A stretch of 46,789 bases of DNA from a virus (lineage: Duplodnaviria; Caudoviricetes), in IMG/VR virus record IMGVR_UViG_3300049472_000089, positions 1-46,789 of that record; one strand, 5' to 3'. Shown here one piece after another: positions 46,290 through 46,789 of this stretch. Under the pieces are notes generated by a model that saw only the letters and a list, made by a program, of their open reading frames with translations, searched no databases and was not told the origin of the DNA. Position numbers and translations under genes: made by a program. How positions within the stretch are numbered: the stretch's first letter is position 1; each line of letters opens with the position of its first letter.

Positions 46290-46789
46290 GCAAGACACCG
46301 ACATCACCACCAACGAGTTTTACCGTGTCGAGGCGTATCAGCTCAGTGTGGATGGTAACACTGTAGAGGCGCTATCAACTGCCCGTCAGATAAACGTTAC
46401 GTTCGCCAATGCTGGCAACTGTCAGGGTATTGTCATCTGCTTACGCACGGGCGGTTCTAGCAACGTCTTGGGCTATCGCTCGGTTACGGTGGACTTGCAG
46501 GAGTTCGTGCTGGGCGTATGGACAACGCGAACAAGCCGTACCATGACCACGGCAGAGATAATGACAGGGAATAATCCTGCTGGGCGCTGGTTTGTTCCTT
46601 TCGAGTTTGCCGCTCCCTATGCCGTAAACACAACGGCGGGTATATGGCGATTCAACATTGCATCCGCAGCGGGGGCACAACCTTCTCACTGGGACATCTG
46701 CAAGGTGAACACGGGCGGGGTAGCGGCTGACCGCTATATCTACGCTACATGGTGCGATACGCAACTGACTCCGACGAGCGGCGCAGACT
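46270..46789 (+). CDS. 5' part of the appendage/spike gene that continues at position 1
   Basis: GGAGG RBS, ATG 46270 (MAVLISRQ...), open through the terminal overlap and in frame with ORF 43..2478. Confidence 0.85.
   Translation, partial: MAVLISRQDTDITTNEFYRVEAYQLSVDGNTVEALSTARQINVTFANAGNCQGIVICLRTGGSSNVLGYRSVTVDLQEFVLGVWTTRTSRTMTTAEIMTGNNPAGRWFVPFEFAAPYAVNTTAGIWRFNIASAAGAQPSHWDICKVNTGGVAADRYIYATWCDTQLTPTSGAD
46663..46789. repeat. Terminal direct repeat (copy of 1-127)
   Basis: Exact match. Confidence 0.93.

Noticed and set aside
1260-46764. Many 60-220 aa antisense or alternate-frame ORFs in the track (e.g. 7884-8558, 13439-14089, 21963-22571)
   Set aside because: They are shadows of well-supported genes, with no RBS or motifs

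Overview
This looks like a complete ~46.66 kb circular(ised) tailed-phage genome; the last 127 nt repeat the first 127 nt. It is podovirus-like (tail adaptor, nozzle and ejection proteins; no tape measure or sheath; no RNA polymerase). It probably infects an alphaproteobacterium (it carries a GapR/DUF2312 homolog) and is possibly temperate (tyrosine recombinase, Leu762-type PolA). Layout: a rightward late block (TerS, HNH, tail fibre, lysis, TerL, portal, a ~956-aa beta-helix appendage crossing the window junction, scaffold, MCP, tail, ejection proteins), then the recombinase, then a leftward replication block (PolA, GapR, DUF2815 SSB, DUF2800 nuclease, SNF2 helicase, RusA, Cro-like), a divergent prim-pol/helicase, and a leftward array of ~25 small early genes headed by DUF932. 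Four observations stand out. (1) A 0.5-kb control region (35385-35920) holds three 12-6-12 asymmetric inverted-repeat sites, four palindromic operator-like boxes (one inside a near-consensus sigma70 promoter) and a hairpin. (2) Early small genes are joined by shared 18-26 bp gene-boundary repeats, including an 11-codon chimeric 'empty cassette' scar. (3) Two unrelated proteins end in the same synonymously encoded LDFLD tail. (4) The compact recombinase has no room for an adjacent attP. Family calls come from motif recognition only; no searches were run.
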